DNA from: Eledone cirrhosa
Lineage: Eukaryota
NCBI GenBank assembly: GCA_964016885.1
Contig: OZ024758.1
Coordinates: 38,440,001-38,504,000, forward strand
Length of the DNA: 64,000 nucleotides
Direction: 5' to 3'
Shown here: positions 1 to 14,900 of the stretch, piece by piece
Position numbering within the stretch: the first letter of the stretch is position 1
How the letters are laid out: each line of letters starts with the position of its first letter
Notes under the pieces: model-generated
Database searches by the model: none
The model's input: only the letters and a program-made list of their open reading frames with translations
Told to the model about the DNA's origin: nothing
Made by a program: the position numbers and the translations under genes

Positions 1-1074
1 TTGGTGAGAATTCATTTAAGTTCATGGTACTAGCTGTCAGAAGTAACTCCACTGTTGGTGAGAATTCAGTTAAGTTCATGGTATTAGTTGTCAGAAGTAA
101 CTCCACTGTTGGTGAGAATTCATTTAAATCATGGTATTAGTTGTCAGAAGTAACTCCAATGTTGGTGAGAATTCATTTAATTTCATGGTACTAGCTGTCA
201 GAAGTAACTCCACTGTTGGTGAGAATTCATTTAAGTCATGGTATTAGTTGTCAGAAGTAACTCCAATGTTGGTGAGAATTCATTTAAGTTCATGGTACTA
301 GCTGTCAGAAGTAACTCCACTGTTGGTGAGAATTCATTTAAGTTCATGGTATTAGCTGTCAGAAGTAACTCCACTGTTGGTGAGAATTCATTTAAGTCAT
401 GGTATTAGTTGTCAGAAGTAACTCCAATGTTGGTGAGAATTCATTTAAGTTCATGGTACTAGCTGTCAGAAGTAACTCCACTGTTGGTGAGAATTCATTT
501 AAGTTCATGGTATTAGCTGTCAGAAGTAACTCCACTGTTGGTGAGAATTCATTTAAGTTCATGGTATTAGCTGTCAGAAGTAACTCCACTGTTGGTGAGA
601 ATTCATTTAAGTTCATGGTATTAGCTGTCAGAAGTAACTCCACTGTTGGTGAGAATTCATTTAAGTTCATGGTATTAGCTGTCAGAAGGAACTCCAATGT
701 TGGTGAGAATTCATTTAAGTCATGGTACTAGCTGTCAGAAGTAACTCCACTGTTGGTGAGAATTCATTTAAGTTCATGGTATTAGCTGTCAGAAGTAACT
801 CCACTGTTGGTGAGAATTCATTTAAGTTCATGGTATTAGCTGTCAGAAGGAACTCCACTGTTGGTGAGAATTCATTTAAGTTCATGGTATTAGCTGTCAG
901 AAGTAACTCCACTGTTGGTGAGAATTCATTTAAGTTCATGGTACTAGTTGTCAGAAGTAACTCCACTGTTGGTGAGAATTCATTTAAGTTCATGTTACTA
1001 GCTGTCAGAAGTAACTCCACTGTTGGTGAGAATTCATTTAAGTTCATGGTATTAGTTTGTCAGAAATAACTCCA

Positions 1075-4000
1075 CTGTTGGTGAGAATTCATTTAAGTTC
1101 ATGGTATTAGCTGTCAGAAGTAACTCCACTGTTGGTGAGAATTCATTTAAGTTCATGGTACTAGCTGTCAGAAGTAATTCCAATGTTGGTGAGAATTCAT
1201 TTAAGTTCATGGTATTAGCTGTCAGAAGTAACTCCACTGTTGGTGAGAATTCATTTAAGTCATGGTATTAGCTGTCAGAAGTAACTCCAATGTTGGTGAG
1301 AATTCATTTAAGTTCATGGTATTAGCTGTCAGAGGTAACTCCACTGTTGGTGAGAATTCATTTAAGTTCACGGTACTAGCTGTCAGAAGTAACTCCACTG
1401 TTGGTGAGAATTCATTTAAGTTCATGGTATTAGTTTGTCAGAAGTAACTCCACTGTTGGTGAGAATTCATTTAAGTCATGGTATTAGTTGTCAGAAGTTT
1501 ACTCCAATGTTGGTGAGAATTCATTTAAGTTCATGGTACTAGCTGTCAGAAGTAACTCCACTGTTGGTGAGAATTCATTTAAGTTCATGGTATTAGCTGT
1601 CAGAAGTAACTCCACTGTTGGTGAGAATTCATTTAAGTCATGGTATTAGCTGTCAGAAGTAACTCCAATGTTGGTGAGAATTCATTTAAGTCATGGTACT
1701 AGCTGTCAGAAGTAACTCCAATGTTGGTGAGAATTCAGTTAAGTTCATGGTATTAGCTGTCAGAAGGAACTCCACTGTTGGTGAGAATTCATTTAAGTTC
1801 ATGGTATTAGCTGTCAGAAGTAACTCCACTGTTGGTGAGAATTCATTTAAGTTCATGGTACTAGCTGTCAGAAGTAACTCCACTGTTGGTGAGAATTCAT
1901 TTAAGTTCATGGTACTAGCTGTCAGAAGTAACTCCACTGTTGGTGAGAATTCAGTTAAGTTCATGGTATTAGTTGTCAGAAGTAACTCCACTGTTGGTGA
2001 GAATTCATTTAAATCATGGTATTAGTTGTCAGAAGTAACTCCAATGTTGGTGAGAATTCATTTAATTTCATGGTACTAGCTGTCAGAAGTAACTCCACTG
2101 TTGGTGAGAAATCATTTAAGTCATGGTATTAGTTGTCAGAAGTAACTCCAATGTTGGTGAGAATTCATTTAAGTTCATGGTACTAGCTGTCAGAAGTAAC
2201 TCCACTGTTGGTGAGAATTCATTTAAGTTCATGGTATTAGCTGTCAGAAGTAACTCCACTGTTGGTGAGAATTCATTTAAGTCATGGTATTAGTTGTCAG
2301 AAGTAACTCCAATGTTGGTGAGAATTCATTTAAGTTCATGGTACTAGCTGTCAGAAGTAACTCCACTGTTGGTGAGAATTCATTTAAGTTCATGGTATTA
2401 GCTGTCAGAAGTAACTCCACTGTTGGTGAGAATTCATTTAAGTTCATGGTACTAGCTGTCAGAAGTAACTCCACTGTTGGTGAGAATTCATTTAAGTTCA
2501 TGGTACTAGCTGTCAGAAGTAACTCCACTGTTGGTGAGAATTCAGTTAAGTTCATGGTATTAGTTGTCAGAAGTAACTCCACTGTTGGTGAGAATTCATT
2601 TAAATCATGGTATTAGTTGTCAGAAGTAACTCCAATGTTGGTGAGAATTCATTTAATTTCATGGTACTAGCTGTCAGAAGTAACTCCACTGTTGGTGAGA
2701 ATTCATTTAAGTTCATGGTATTAGCTGTCAGAAGTAACTCCACTGTTGGTGAGAATTCATTTAAGTTCATGGTACAAGCTGTCAGAAGTAACTCCAATGT
2801 TGGTGAGAATTCATTTAAGTTCATGGTATTAGCTGTCAGAAGTAACTCCACTGTTGGTGAGAATTCATTTAAGTCATGGTATTAGCTGTCAGAAGTAACT
2901 CCAATGTTGGTGAGAATTCATTTAAGTTCATGGTATTAGCTGTCAGAAGTAACTCCACTGTTGGTGAGAATTCATTTAAGTTCACGGTACTAGCTGTCAG
3001 AAGTAACTCCACTGTTGGTGAGAATTCATTTAAGTTCATGGTATTAGTTTGTCAGAAGTAACTCCACTGTTGGTGAGAATTCATTTAAGTCATGGTATTA
3101 GTTGTCAGAAGTTTACTCCAATGTTGGTGAGAATTCATTTAAGTTCATGGTACTAGCTGTCAGAAGTAACTCCACTGTTGGTGAGAATTCATTTAAGTTC
3201 ATGGTATTAGCTGTCAGAAGTAACTCCACTGTTGGTGAGAATTCATTTAAGTCATGGTATTAGCTGTCAGAAGTAACTCCAATGTTGGTGAGAATTCATT
3301 TAAGTCATGGTACTAGCTGTCAGAAGTAACTCCAATGTTGGTGAGAATTCAGTTAAGTTCATGGTATTAGCTGTCAGAAGGAACTCCACTGTTGGTGAGA
3401 ATTCATTTAAGTTCATGGTATTAGCTGTCAGAAGTAACTCCACTGTTGGTGAGAATTCATTTAAGTTCATGGTACTAGCTGTCAGAAGTAACTCCACTGT
3501 TGGTGAGAATTCATTTAAGTTCATGGTACTAGCTGTCAGAAGTAACTCCACTGTTGGTGAGAATTCAGTTAAGTTCATGGTATTAGTTGTCAGAAGTAAC
3601 TCCACTGTTGGTGAGAATTCATTTAAATCATGGTATTAGTTGTCAGAAGTAACTCCAATGTTGGTGAGAATTCATTTAATTTCATGGTACTAGCTGTCAG
3701 AAGTAACTCCACTGTTGGTGAGAAATCATTTAAGTCATGGTATTAGTTGTCAGAAGTAACTCCAATGTTGGTAAGAATTCATTTAAGTTCATGGTACTAG
3801 CTGTCAGAAGTAACTCCACTGTTGGTGAGAATTCATTTAAGTTCATGGTATTAGCTGTCAGAAGTAACTCCACTGTTGGTGAGAATTCATTTAAGTCATG
3901 GTATTAGTTGTCAGAAGTAACTCCAATGTTGGTGAGAATTCATTTAAGTTCATGGTACTAGCTGTCAGAAGTAACTCCACTGTTGGTGAGCATTCATTTA

Positions 4001-7000
4001 AGTTCATGGTATTAGCTGTCAGAAGTAACTCCACTGTTGGTGAGAATTCATTTAAGTTCATGGTACTAGCTGTCAGAAGTAACTCCACTGTTGGTGAGAA
4101 TTCATTTAAGTTCATGGTACTAGCTGTCAGAAGTAACTCCACTGTTGGTGAGAATTCAGTTAAGTTCATGGTATTAGTTGTCAGAAGTAACTCCACTGTT
4201 GGTGAGAATTCATTTAAATCATGGTATTAGTTGTCAGAAGTAACTCCAATGTTGGTGAGAATTCATTTAATTTCATGGTACTAGCTGTCAGAAGTAACTC
4301 CACTGTTGGTGAGAATTCATTTAAGTTCATGGTATTAGCTGTCAGAAGTAACTCCACTGTTGGTGAGAATTCATTTAAGTTCATGGTACTAGCTGTCAGA
4401 AGTAACTCCAATGTTGGTGAGAATTCATTTAAGTTCATGGTATTAGCTGTCAGAAGTAACTCCACTGTTGGTGAGAATTCATTTAAGTCATGGTATTAGC
4501 TGTCAGAAGTAACTCCAATGTTGGTGAGAATTCATTTAAGTTCATGGTATTAGCTGTCAGAAGTAACTCCACTGTTGGTGAGAATTCATTTAAGTTCACG
4601 GTACTAGCTGTCAGAAGTAACTCCACTGTTGGTGAGAATTCATTTAAGTTCATGGTATTAGTTTGTCAGAAGTAACTCCACTGTTGGTGAGAATTCATTT
4701 AAGTCATGGTATTAGTTGTCAGAAGTTTACTCCAATGTTGGTGAGAATTCATTTAAGTTCATGGTACTAGCTGTCAGAAGTAACTCCACTGTTGGTGAGA
4801 ATTCATTTAAGTTCATGGTATTAGCTGTCAGAAGTAACTCCACTGTTGGTGAGAATTCATTTAAGTCATGGTATTAGCTGTCAGAAGTAACTCCAATGTT
4901 GGTGAGAATTCATTTAAGTCATGGTACTAGCTGTCAGAAGTAACTCCAATGTTGGTGAGAATTCAGTTAAGTTCATGGTATTAGCTGTCAGAAGGAACTC
5001 CACTGTTGGTGAGAATTCATTTAAGTTCATGGTATTAGCTGTCAGAAGTAACTCCACTGTTGGTGAGAATTCATTTAAGTTCATGGTACTAGCTGTCAGA
5101 AGTAACTCCACTGTTGGTGAGAATTCATTTAAGTTCATGGTACTAGCTGTCAGAAGTAACTCCACTGTTGGTGAGAATTCAGTTAAGTTCATGGTATTAG
5201 TTGTCAGAAGTAACTCCACTGTTGGTGAGAATTCATTTAAATCATGGTATTAGTTGTCAGAAGTAACTCCAATGTTGGTGAGAATTCATTTAATTTCATG
5301 GTACTAGCTGTCAGAAGTAACTCCACTGTTGGTGAGAAATCATTTAAGTCATGGTATTAGTTGTCAGAAGTAACTCCAATGTTGGTGAGAATTCATTTAA
5401 GTTCATGGTACTAGCTGTCAGAAGTAACTCCACTGTTGGTGAGAATTCATTTAAGTTCATGGTATTAGCTGTCAGAAGTAACTCCACTGTTGGTGAGAAT
5501 TCATTTAAGTCATGGTATTAGTTGTCAGAAGTAACTCCAATGTTGGTGAGAATTCATTTAAGTTCATGGTACTAGCTGTCAGAAGTAACTCCACTGTTGG
5601 TGAGAATTCATTTAAGTTCATGGTATTAGCTGTCAGAAGTAACTCCACTGTTGGTGAGAATTCATTTAAGTTCATGGTACTAGCTGTCAGAAGTAACTCC
5701 ACTGTTGGTGAGAATTCATTTAAGTTCATGGTACTAGCTGTCAGAAGTAACTCCACTGTTGGTGAGAATTCAGTTAAGTTCATGGTATTAGTTGTCAGAA
5801 GTAACTCCACTGTTGGTGAGAATTCATTTAAATCATGGTATTAGTTGTCAGAAGTAACTCCAATGTTGGTGAGAATTCATTTAATTTCATGGTACTAGCT
5901 GTCAGAAGTAACTCCACTGTTGGTGAGAATTCATTTAAGTTCATGGTATTAGCTGTCAGAAGTAACTCCACTGTTGGTGAGAATTCATTTAAGTTCATGG
6001 TACTAGCTGTCAGAAGTAACTCCAATGTTGGTGAGAATTCATTTAAGTTCATGGTATTAGCTGTCAGAAGTAACTCCACTGTTGGTGAGAATTCATTTAA
6101 GTCATGGTATTAGCTGTCAGAAGTAACTCCAATGTTGGTGAGAATTCATTTAAGTTCATGGTATTAGCTGTCAGAAGTAACTCCACTGTTGGTGAGAATT
6201 CATTTAAGTTCACGGTACTAGCTGTCAGAAGTAACTCCACTGTTGGTGAGAATTCATTTAAGTTCATGGTATTAGTTTGTCAGAAGTAACTCCACTGTTG
6301 GTGAGAATTCATTTAAGTCATGGTATTAGTTGTCAGAAGTTTACTCCAATGTTGGTGAGAATTCATTTAAGTTCATGGTACTAGCTGTCAGAAGTAACTC
6401 CACTGTTGGTGAGAATTCATTTAAGTTCATGGTATTAGCTGTCAGAAGTAACTCCACTGTTGGTGAGAATTCATTTAAGTCATGGTATTAGCTGTCAGAA
6501 GTAACTCCAATGTTGGTGAGAATTCATTTAAGTCATGGTACTAGCTGTCAGAAGTAACTCCAATGTTGGTGAGAATTCAGTTAAGTTCATGGTATTAGCT
6601 GTCAGAAGGAACTCCACTGTTGGTGAGAATTCATTTAAGTTCATGGTATTAGCTGTCAGAAGTAACTCCACTGTTGGTGAGAATTCATTTAAGTTCATGG
6701 TACTAGCTGTCAGAAGTAACTCCACTGTTGGTGAGAATTCATTTAAGTTCATGGTACTAGCTGTCAGAAGTAACTCCACTGTTGGTGAGAATTCAGTTAA
6801 GTTCATGGTATTAGTTGTCAGAAGTAACTCCACTGTTGGTGAGAATTCATGTAAATCATGGTATTAGTTGTCAGAAGTAACTCCAATGTTGGTGAGAATT
6901 TATTTAATTTCATGGTACTAGCTGTCAGAAGTAACTCCACTGTTGGTGAGAAATCATTTAAGTCATGGTATTAGTTGTCAGAAGTAACTCCAATGTTGGT

Positions 7001-7175
7001 GAGAATTCATTTAAGTTCATGGTACTAGCTGTCAGAAGTAACTCCACTGTTGGTGAGAATTCATTTAAGTTCATGGTATTAGCTGTCAGAAGTAACTCCA
7101 CTGTTGGTGAGAATTCATTTAAGTCATGGTATTAGTTGTCAGAAGTAACTCCAATGTTGGTGAGAATTCATTTAA
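1075..7175 (+). repeat. Higher-order repeat, 1614-bp period (about 30 monomers), about 3.8 copies
   Basis: Variant-defined landmarks recur at a constant 1614 bp: ORF starts 1262/2876/4490/6104, 1693/3307/4921/6535 and 2284/3898/5512. Diagnostic variants (ttcacggtac, gaagtttactcc, gagaaatc) recur in the same order. Boundaries approximate. Confidence 0.9.
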
Positions 7176-10100
7176 TTTCATGGTACTAGCTGTCAGAAGT
7201 AACTCCACTGTTGGTGAGAATTCATTTAAGTCATGGTATTAGTTGTCAGAAGTAACTCCAATGTTGGTGAGAATTCATTTAAGTTCATGGTACTAGCTGT
7301 CAGAAGTAACTCCACTGTTGGTGAGAATTCATTTAAGTTCATGGTATTAGCTGTCAGAAGTAACTCCACTGTTGGTGAGAATTCATTTAAGTCATGGTAT
7401 TAGTTGTCAGAAGTAACTCCAATGTTGGTGAGAATTCATTTAAGTTCATGGTACTAGCTGTCAGAAGTAACTCCACTGTTGGTGAGAATTCATTTAAGAT
7501 CATGGTATCAGCTGTCAGAATTAACTCCACTGTTGGTGAGAATTCATTTAAGTTCATGGTATTAGCTGTCAGAAGTAACTCCACTGTTGGTGAGAATTCA
7601 TTTAAGTTCATGGTATTAGCTGTCAGAAGTAACTCCACTGTTGGTGAGAATTCATTTAAGTTCATGGTATTAGCTGTCAGAAGGAACTCCAATGTTGGTG
7701 AGAATTCATTTAAGTCATGGTACTAGCTGTCAGAAGTAACTCCACTGTTGGTGAGAATTCATTTAAGTTCATGGTATTAGCTGTCAGAAGTAACTCCACT
7801 GTTGGTGAGAATTCATTTAAGTTCATGGTACTAGCTGTCAGAAGTAACTCCAATGTAGGTGAGAATTCATTTAAGTTCATGGTATTAGCTGTCAGAAGGA
7901 ACTCCACTGTTGGTGAGAATTCATTTAAGTTCATGGTATTAGCTGTCAGAAGTAACTCCACTGTTGGTGAGAATTCATTTAAGTTCATGGTACTAGTTGT
8001 CAGAAGTAACTCCACTGCTGGTGAGAATTCATTTAAGTTCATGTTACTAGCTGTCAGAAGTAACTCCACTGTTGGTGAGAATTCATTTAAGTTCATGGTA
8101 TTAGTTTGTCAGAAGTAACTCCACTGTTGGTGAGAATTCATTTAAGTTCATGGTATTAGCTGTCAGAAGTAACTCCACTGTTGGTGAGAATTCATTTAAG
8201 TTCATGGTACTAGCTGTCAGAAGTAACTCCAATGTTGGTGAGAATTCATTTAAGTTCATGGTATTAGCTGTCAGAAGTAACTCCACTGTTGGTGAGAATT
8301 CATTTAAGTCATGGTATTAGCTGTCAGAAGTAACTCCAATGTTGGTGAGAATTCATTTAAGTTCATGGTATTAGCTGTCAGAAGTAACTCCACTGTTGGT
8401 GAGAATTCATTTAAGTTCACGGTACTAGCTGTGAGAAGTAACTCCACTGTTGGTGAGAATTCATTTAAGTTCATGGTATTAGTTTGTCAGAAGTAACTCC
8501 ACTGTTGGTGAGAATTCATTTAAGTCATGGTATTAGTTGTCAGAAGTTTACTCCAATGTTGGTGAGAATTCATTTAAGTTCATGGTACTATCTGTCAGAT
8601 GTAACTCCACTGTTGGTGAGAATTCATTTAAGTTCATGGTATTAGCTGTCAGAAGTAACTCCACTGTTGGTGAGAATTCATTTAAGTCATGGTATTAGCT
8701 GTCAGAAGTAACTCCAATGTTGGTGAGAATTCATTTAAGTCATGGTACTAGCTGTCAGAAGTAACTCCAATGTTGGTGAGAATTCAGTTAAGTTCATGGT
8801 ATTAGCTGTCAGAAGGAACTCCACTGTTGGTGAGAATTCATTTAAGTTCATGGTATTAGCTGTCAGAAGTAACTCCACTGTTGGTGAGAATTCATTTAAG
8901 TTCATGGTACTAGCTGTCAGAAGTAACTCCACTGTTGGTGAGAATTCATTTAAGTTCATGGTACTAGCTGTCAGAAGTAACTCCACTGTTGGTGAGAATT
9001 CAGTTAAGTTCATGGTATTAGTTGTCAGAAGTAACTCCACTGTTGGTGAGAATTCATTTAAATCATGGTATTAGTTGTCAGAAGTAACTCCAATGTTGGT
9101 GAGAATTCATTTAAGTTCATGGTACTAGCTGTCAGAAGTAACTCCACTGTTGGTGAGAAATCATTTAAGTCATGGTATTAGTTGTCAGAAGTAACTCCAA
9201 TGTTGGTGAGAATTCATTTAAGTTCATGGTACTAGCTGTCAGAAGTAACTCCACTGTTGGTGAGAATTCATTTAAGTTCATGGTATTAGCTGTCAGAAGT
9301 AACTCCACTGTTGGTGAGAATTCATTTAAGTCATGGTATTAGTTGTCAGAAGTAACTCCAATGTTGGTGAGAATTCATTTAAGTTCATGGTACTAGCTGT
9401 CAGAAGTAACTCCACTGTTGGTGAGAATTCATTTAAGTTCATGGTATTAGCTGTGAGAAGTCACTCCACTGTTGGTGAGAATTCATTTAAGTTCATGTTA
9501 TTAGCTGTCAGAAGTACCTCCACTGTTGGTGAGAATTCATTTAAGTTCATGGTATTAGCTGTCAGAAGTAACTCCACTGTTGGTGAGAATTCATTTAAGT
9601 TCATGGTATTAGCTGTCAGAAGGAACTCCAATGTTGGTGAGAATTCATTTAAGTCATGGTATTAGCTGTCAGAAGTAACTCCATTGTTGGTGAGAATTCA
9701 TTTAAGTCATGGTACTATCTGTCAGAAGTAACTCCACTGTTGGTGAGAATTCATTTAAGTTCATGGTATTAGCTGTCAGAAGGAACTCCACTGTTGGTAA
9801 GAATTCATTTAAGTTCATGGTATTAGCTGTCAGAAGTAACTCCACTGTTGGTGAGAATTCATTTAAGTTCATGGTACTAGCTGTCAGAAGTAACTCCACT
9901 GTTGGTGAGAATTCATTTAAGTTCATGGTACTAGCTGTCAGAAGTAACTCCACTGTTGGTGAGAATTCATTTTAGTTCATGGTACTAGCTGTCAGAAGTA
10001 ACCCCAATGTTGGTGAGAATTCATTTAAGTTCATGGTATTAGCTGTCAGAAGTCACTCCAATGTTGGTGAGAATTCATTTAAGTTCATGGTATTAGCTGT

Positions 10101-11969
10101 GAGAAGTCACTCCACTGTTGGTGAGAATTCATTTAAGTTCATGGTATTAGCTGTCAGAAGTACCTCCACTGTTGGTGAGAATTCATTTAAGTTCATGGTA
10201 TTAGCTGTCAGAAGTAACTCCACTGTTGGTGAGAATTCATTTAAGTTCATGGTATTAGCTGTCAGAAGGAACTCCAATGTTGGTGAGAATTCATTTAAGT
10301 CAAGGTACTAGCTGTCAGAAGTAACTCCACTGTTGGTGAGAATTCATTTAAGTTCATGGTATTAGCTGTCAGAAGTAACTCCACTGTTGGTGAGAATTCA
10401 TTTAAGTTCATGGTACTAGCTGTCAGAATAACTCCAATGTTGGTGAGAATTCATTTAAGTTCATGGTATTAGCTGTCAGAAGGAACTCCACTGTTGGTGA
10501 GAATTCATTTAAGTTCATGGTATTAGCTGTCAGAAGTAACTCCACTGTTGGTGAGAATTCATTTAAGTTCATGGTACTAGTTGTCAGAAGTAACTCCACT
10601 GTTGGTGAGAATTCATTTAAGTTCATGTTACTAGCTGTCAGAAGTAACTCCACTGTTGGTGAGAATTCATTTAAGTTCATGGTATTAGTTTGTCAGAAGT
10701 AACTCCACTGTTGGTGAGAATTCATTTAAGTTCATGGTATTAGCTGTCAGAAGTAACTCCACTGTTGGTGAGAATTCATTTAAGTTCATGGTACTAGCTG
10801 TCAGAAGTAACTCCAATGTTGGTGAGAATTCATTTAAGTTCATGGTATTAGCTGTCAGAAGTAACTCCACTGTTGGTGAGAATTCATTTAAGTCATGGTA
10901 TTAGCTGTCAGAAGTAACTCCAATGTTGGTGAGAATTCATTTAAGTTCATGGTATTAGCTGTCAGAAGTAACTCCACTGTTGGTGAGAATTCATTTAAGT
11001 TCACGGTACTAGCTGTCAGAGGTAACTCCACTGTTGGTGAGAATTCATTTAAGTTCATGGTATTAGTTTGTCAGAAGTAACTCCACTGTTGGTGAGAATT
11101 CATTTAAGTCGTGGTATTAGTTGTCAGAAGTTTACTCCAATGTTGGTGAGAATTCATTTAAGTTCATGGTACTAGCTGTCAGAAGTAACTCCACTGTTGG
11201 TGAGAATTCATTTAAGTTCATGGTATTAGCTGTCAGAAGTAACTCCACTGTTGGTGAGAATTCATTTAAGTCATGGTATTAGCTGTCAGAAGTAACTCCA
11301 CTGTTGGTGAGAATTCATTTAAGTTCATGGTATTTGCTGTCAGAAGTAACTCCACTGTTGGTGAGAATTGATTTAAGTTCATGGTACTAGCTGTCAGAAG
11401 TAACTCCACTGTTGGTGAGAATTCATTTAAGTTCATGGTACTAGCTGTCAGAAGTAACTCCACTGTTGGTGAGAATTCAGTTAAGTTCATGGTATTAGTT
11501 GTCAGAAGTAACTCCACTGTTGGTGAGAATTCATTTAAATCATGGTATTAGTTGTCAGAAGTAACTCCAATGTTGGTGAGAATTCATTTAATTTCATGGT
11601 ACTAGCTGTCAGAAGTAACTCCACTGTTGGTGAGAAATCATTTAAGTCATGGTATTAGTTGTCAGAAGTAACTCCAATGTTGGTGAGAATTCATTTAAGT
11701 TCATGGTACTAGCTGTCAGAAGTAACTCCACTGTTGGTGAGAATTCATTTAAGTTCATGGTATTAGCTGTCAGAAGTAACTCCACTGTTGGTGAGAATTC
11801 ATTTAAGTCATGGTATTAGTTGTCAGAAGTAACTCCAATGTTGGTGAGAATTCATTTAAGTTCATGGTACTAGCTGTCAGAAGTAACTCCACTGTTGGTG
11901 AGAATTCATTTAAGTTCATGGTATTAGCTGTCAGAAGTAACTCCACTGTTGGTGAGAATTCATTTAAGT

Positions 11970-14900
11970 CATGGTATTAGCTGTCAGAAGTAACTCCAAT
12001 GTTGGTGAGAATTCATTTAAGTCTTGGTACTAGCTGTCAGAAGTAACTCCAATGTTGGTGAGAATTCAGTTAAGTTCATGGTATTAGCTGTCAGAAGGAA
12101 CTCCACTGTTGGTGAGAATTCATTTAAGTTCATGGTATTAGCTGTCAGAAGTAACTCCACTGTTGGTGAGAATTCATTTAAGTTCATGGTACTAGCTGTC
12201 AGAAGTAACTCCACTGTTGGTGAGAATTCATTTAAGTTCATGGTACTAGCCGTCAGAAGTAACTCCACTGTTGGTGAGAATTCAGTTAAGTTCATGGTAT
12301 TAGTTGTCAGAAGTAACTCCACTGTTGGTGAGAATTCATTTAAGTTCATGGTACTAGCTGTCAGAAGTAACTCCACTGTTGGTGAGAATTCATTTAAGTT
12401 CATGGTATTAGCTGTCAGAAGTAACTCCACTGTTGGTGAGAATTCATTTAAGTCATGGTATTAGTTGTCAGAAGTAACTCCAATGTTGGTGAGAATTCAT
12501 TTAAGTTCATGGTACTAGCTGTCAGAAGTAACTCCACTGTTGGTGAGAATTCATATAAGTTCATGGTATTAGCTGTCAGAAGTAACTCCACTGTTGGTGA
12601 GAATTCATTTAAGTCATGGTATTAGCTGTCAGAAGTAACTCCAATGTAGGTGAGAATTCATTTAAGTCTTGGTACTAGCTGTCAGAAGTAACTCCAATGT
12701 TGGTGAGAATTCAGTTAAGTTCATGGTATTAGCTGTCAGAAGGAACTCCACTGTTGGTGAGAATTCATTTAAGTTCATGGTATTAGCTGTCAGAAGTAAC
12801 TCCACTGTTGGTGAGAATTCATTTAAGTTCATGGTACTAGCTGTCAGAAGTAACTCCACTGTTGGTGAGAATTCATTTAAGTTCATGGTATTAGCTGTCA
12901 GAAGGAACTCCACTGTTGGTGAGAATTCATTTAAGTTCATGGTATTAGCTGTCAGAAGTAACTCCACTGTTGGTGAGAATTCATTTAAGTTCATGGTATT
13001 AGCTGTCAGAAGTAACTCCACTGTTGGTGAGAATTCAGTTAAGTTCATGGTATTAGTTGTCAGAAGTAACTCCACTGTTGGTGAGAATTCATTTAAATCA
13101 TGGTATTAGTTGTCAGAAGTAACTCCAATGTTGGTGAGAATTCATTTAAGTTCATGGTACTAGCTGTCAGAAGTAACTCCACTGTTGGTGAGAATTCATT
13201 TAAGTTCATGGTATTAGCTGTCAGAAGGAACTCCACTGTTGGTAAGAATTCATTTAAGTTCATGGTATTAGCTGTCAGAAGTAACTCCACTGTTGGTGAG
13301 AATTCATTTAAGTTCATGGTACTAGCTGTCAGAAGTAACTCCACTGTTGGTGAGAATTCATTTAAGTTCATGGTACTAGCTGTCAGAAGTAACTCCACTG
13401 TTGGTGAGAATTCATTTAAGTTCATGGTACTAGCTGTCAGAAGTAACCCCAATGTTGGTGAGAATTCATTTAAGTTCATGGTATTAGCTGTCAGAAGTCA
13501 CTCCAATGTTGGTGAGAATTCATTTAAGTTCATGGTATTAGCTGTGAGAAGTCACTCCACTGTTGGTGAGAATTCATTTAAGTTCATGGTATTAGCTGTC
13601 AGAAGTACCTCCACTGTTGGTGAGAATTCATTTAAGTTCATGGTATTAGCTGTCAGAAGTAACTCCACTGTTGGTGAGAATTCATTTAAGTTCATGGTAT
13701 TAGCTGTCAGAAGGAACTCCAATGTTGGTGAGAATTCATTTAAGTCATGGTACTAGCTGTCAGAAGTAAATCCACTGTTGGTGAGAATTCATTTAAGTTC
13801 ATGGTATTAGCTGTCAGAAGTAACTCCAATGTTGGTGAGAATTCATTTAAGTCTTGGTACTAGCTGTCAGAAGTAACTCCAATGTTGGTGAGAATTCAGT
13901 TAAGTTCATGGTATTAGCTGTCAGAAGGAACTCCACTGTTGGTGAGAATTCATTTAAGTTCATGGTATTAGCTGTCAGAAGTAACTCCACTGTTGGTGAG
14001 AATTCATTTAAGTTCATGGTACTAGCTGTCAGAAGTAACTCCACTGTTGGTGAGAATTCATTTAAGTTCATGGTACTAGCCGTCAGAAGTAACTCCACTG
14101 TTGGTGAGAATTCAGTTAAGTTCATGGTATTAGTTGTCAGAAGTAACTCCACTGTTGGTGAGAATTCATTTAAGTTCATGGTACTAGCTGTCAGAAGTAA
14201 CTCCACTGTTGGTGAGAATTCATTTAAGTTCATGGTATTAGCTGTCAGAAGTAACTCCACTGTTGGTGAGAATTCATTTAAGTCATGGTATTAGTTGTCA
14301 GAAGTAACTCCAATGTTGGTGAGAATTCATTTAAGTTCATGGTACTAGCTGTCAGAAGTAACTCCACTGTTGGTGAGAATTCATATAAGTTCATGGTATT
14401 AGCTGTCAGAAGTAACTCCACTGTTGGTGAGAATTCATTTAAGTCATGGTATTAGCTGTCAGAAGTAACTCCAATGTAGGTGAGAATTCATTTAAGTCTT
14501 GGTACTAGCTGTCAGAAGTAACTCCAATGTTGGTGAGAATTCAGTTAAGTTCATGGTATTAGCTGTCAGAAGGAACTCCACTGTTGGTGAGAATTCATTT
14601 AAGTTCATGGTATTAGCTGTCAGAAGTAACTCCACTGTTGGTGAGAATTCATTTAAGTTCATGGTACTAGCTGTCAGAAGTAACTCCACTGTTGGTGAGA
14701 ATTCATTTAAGTTCATGGTATTAGCTGTCAGAAGGAACTCCACTGTTGGTGAGAATTCATTTAAGTTCATGGTATTAGCTGTCAGAAGTAACTCCACTGT
14801 TGGTGAGAATTCATTTAAGTTCATGGTATTAGCTGTCAGAAGTAACTCCACTGTTGGTGAGAATTCAGTTAAGTTCATGGTATTAGTTGTCAGAAGTAAC

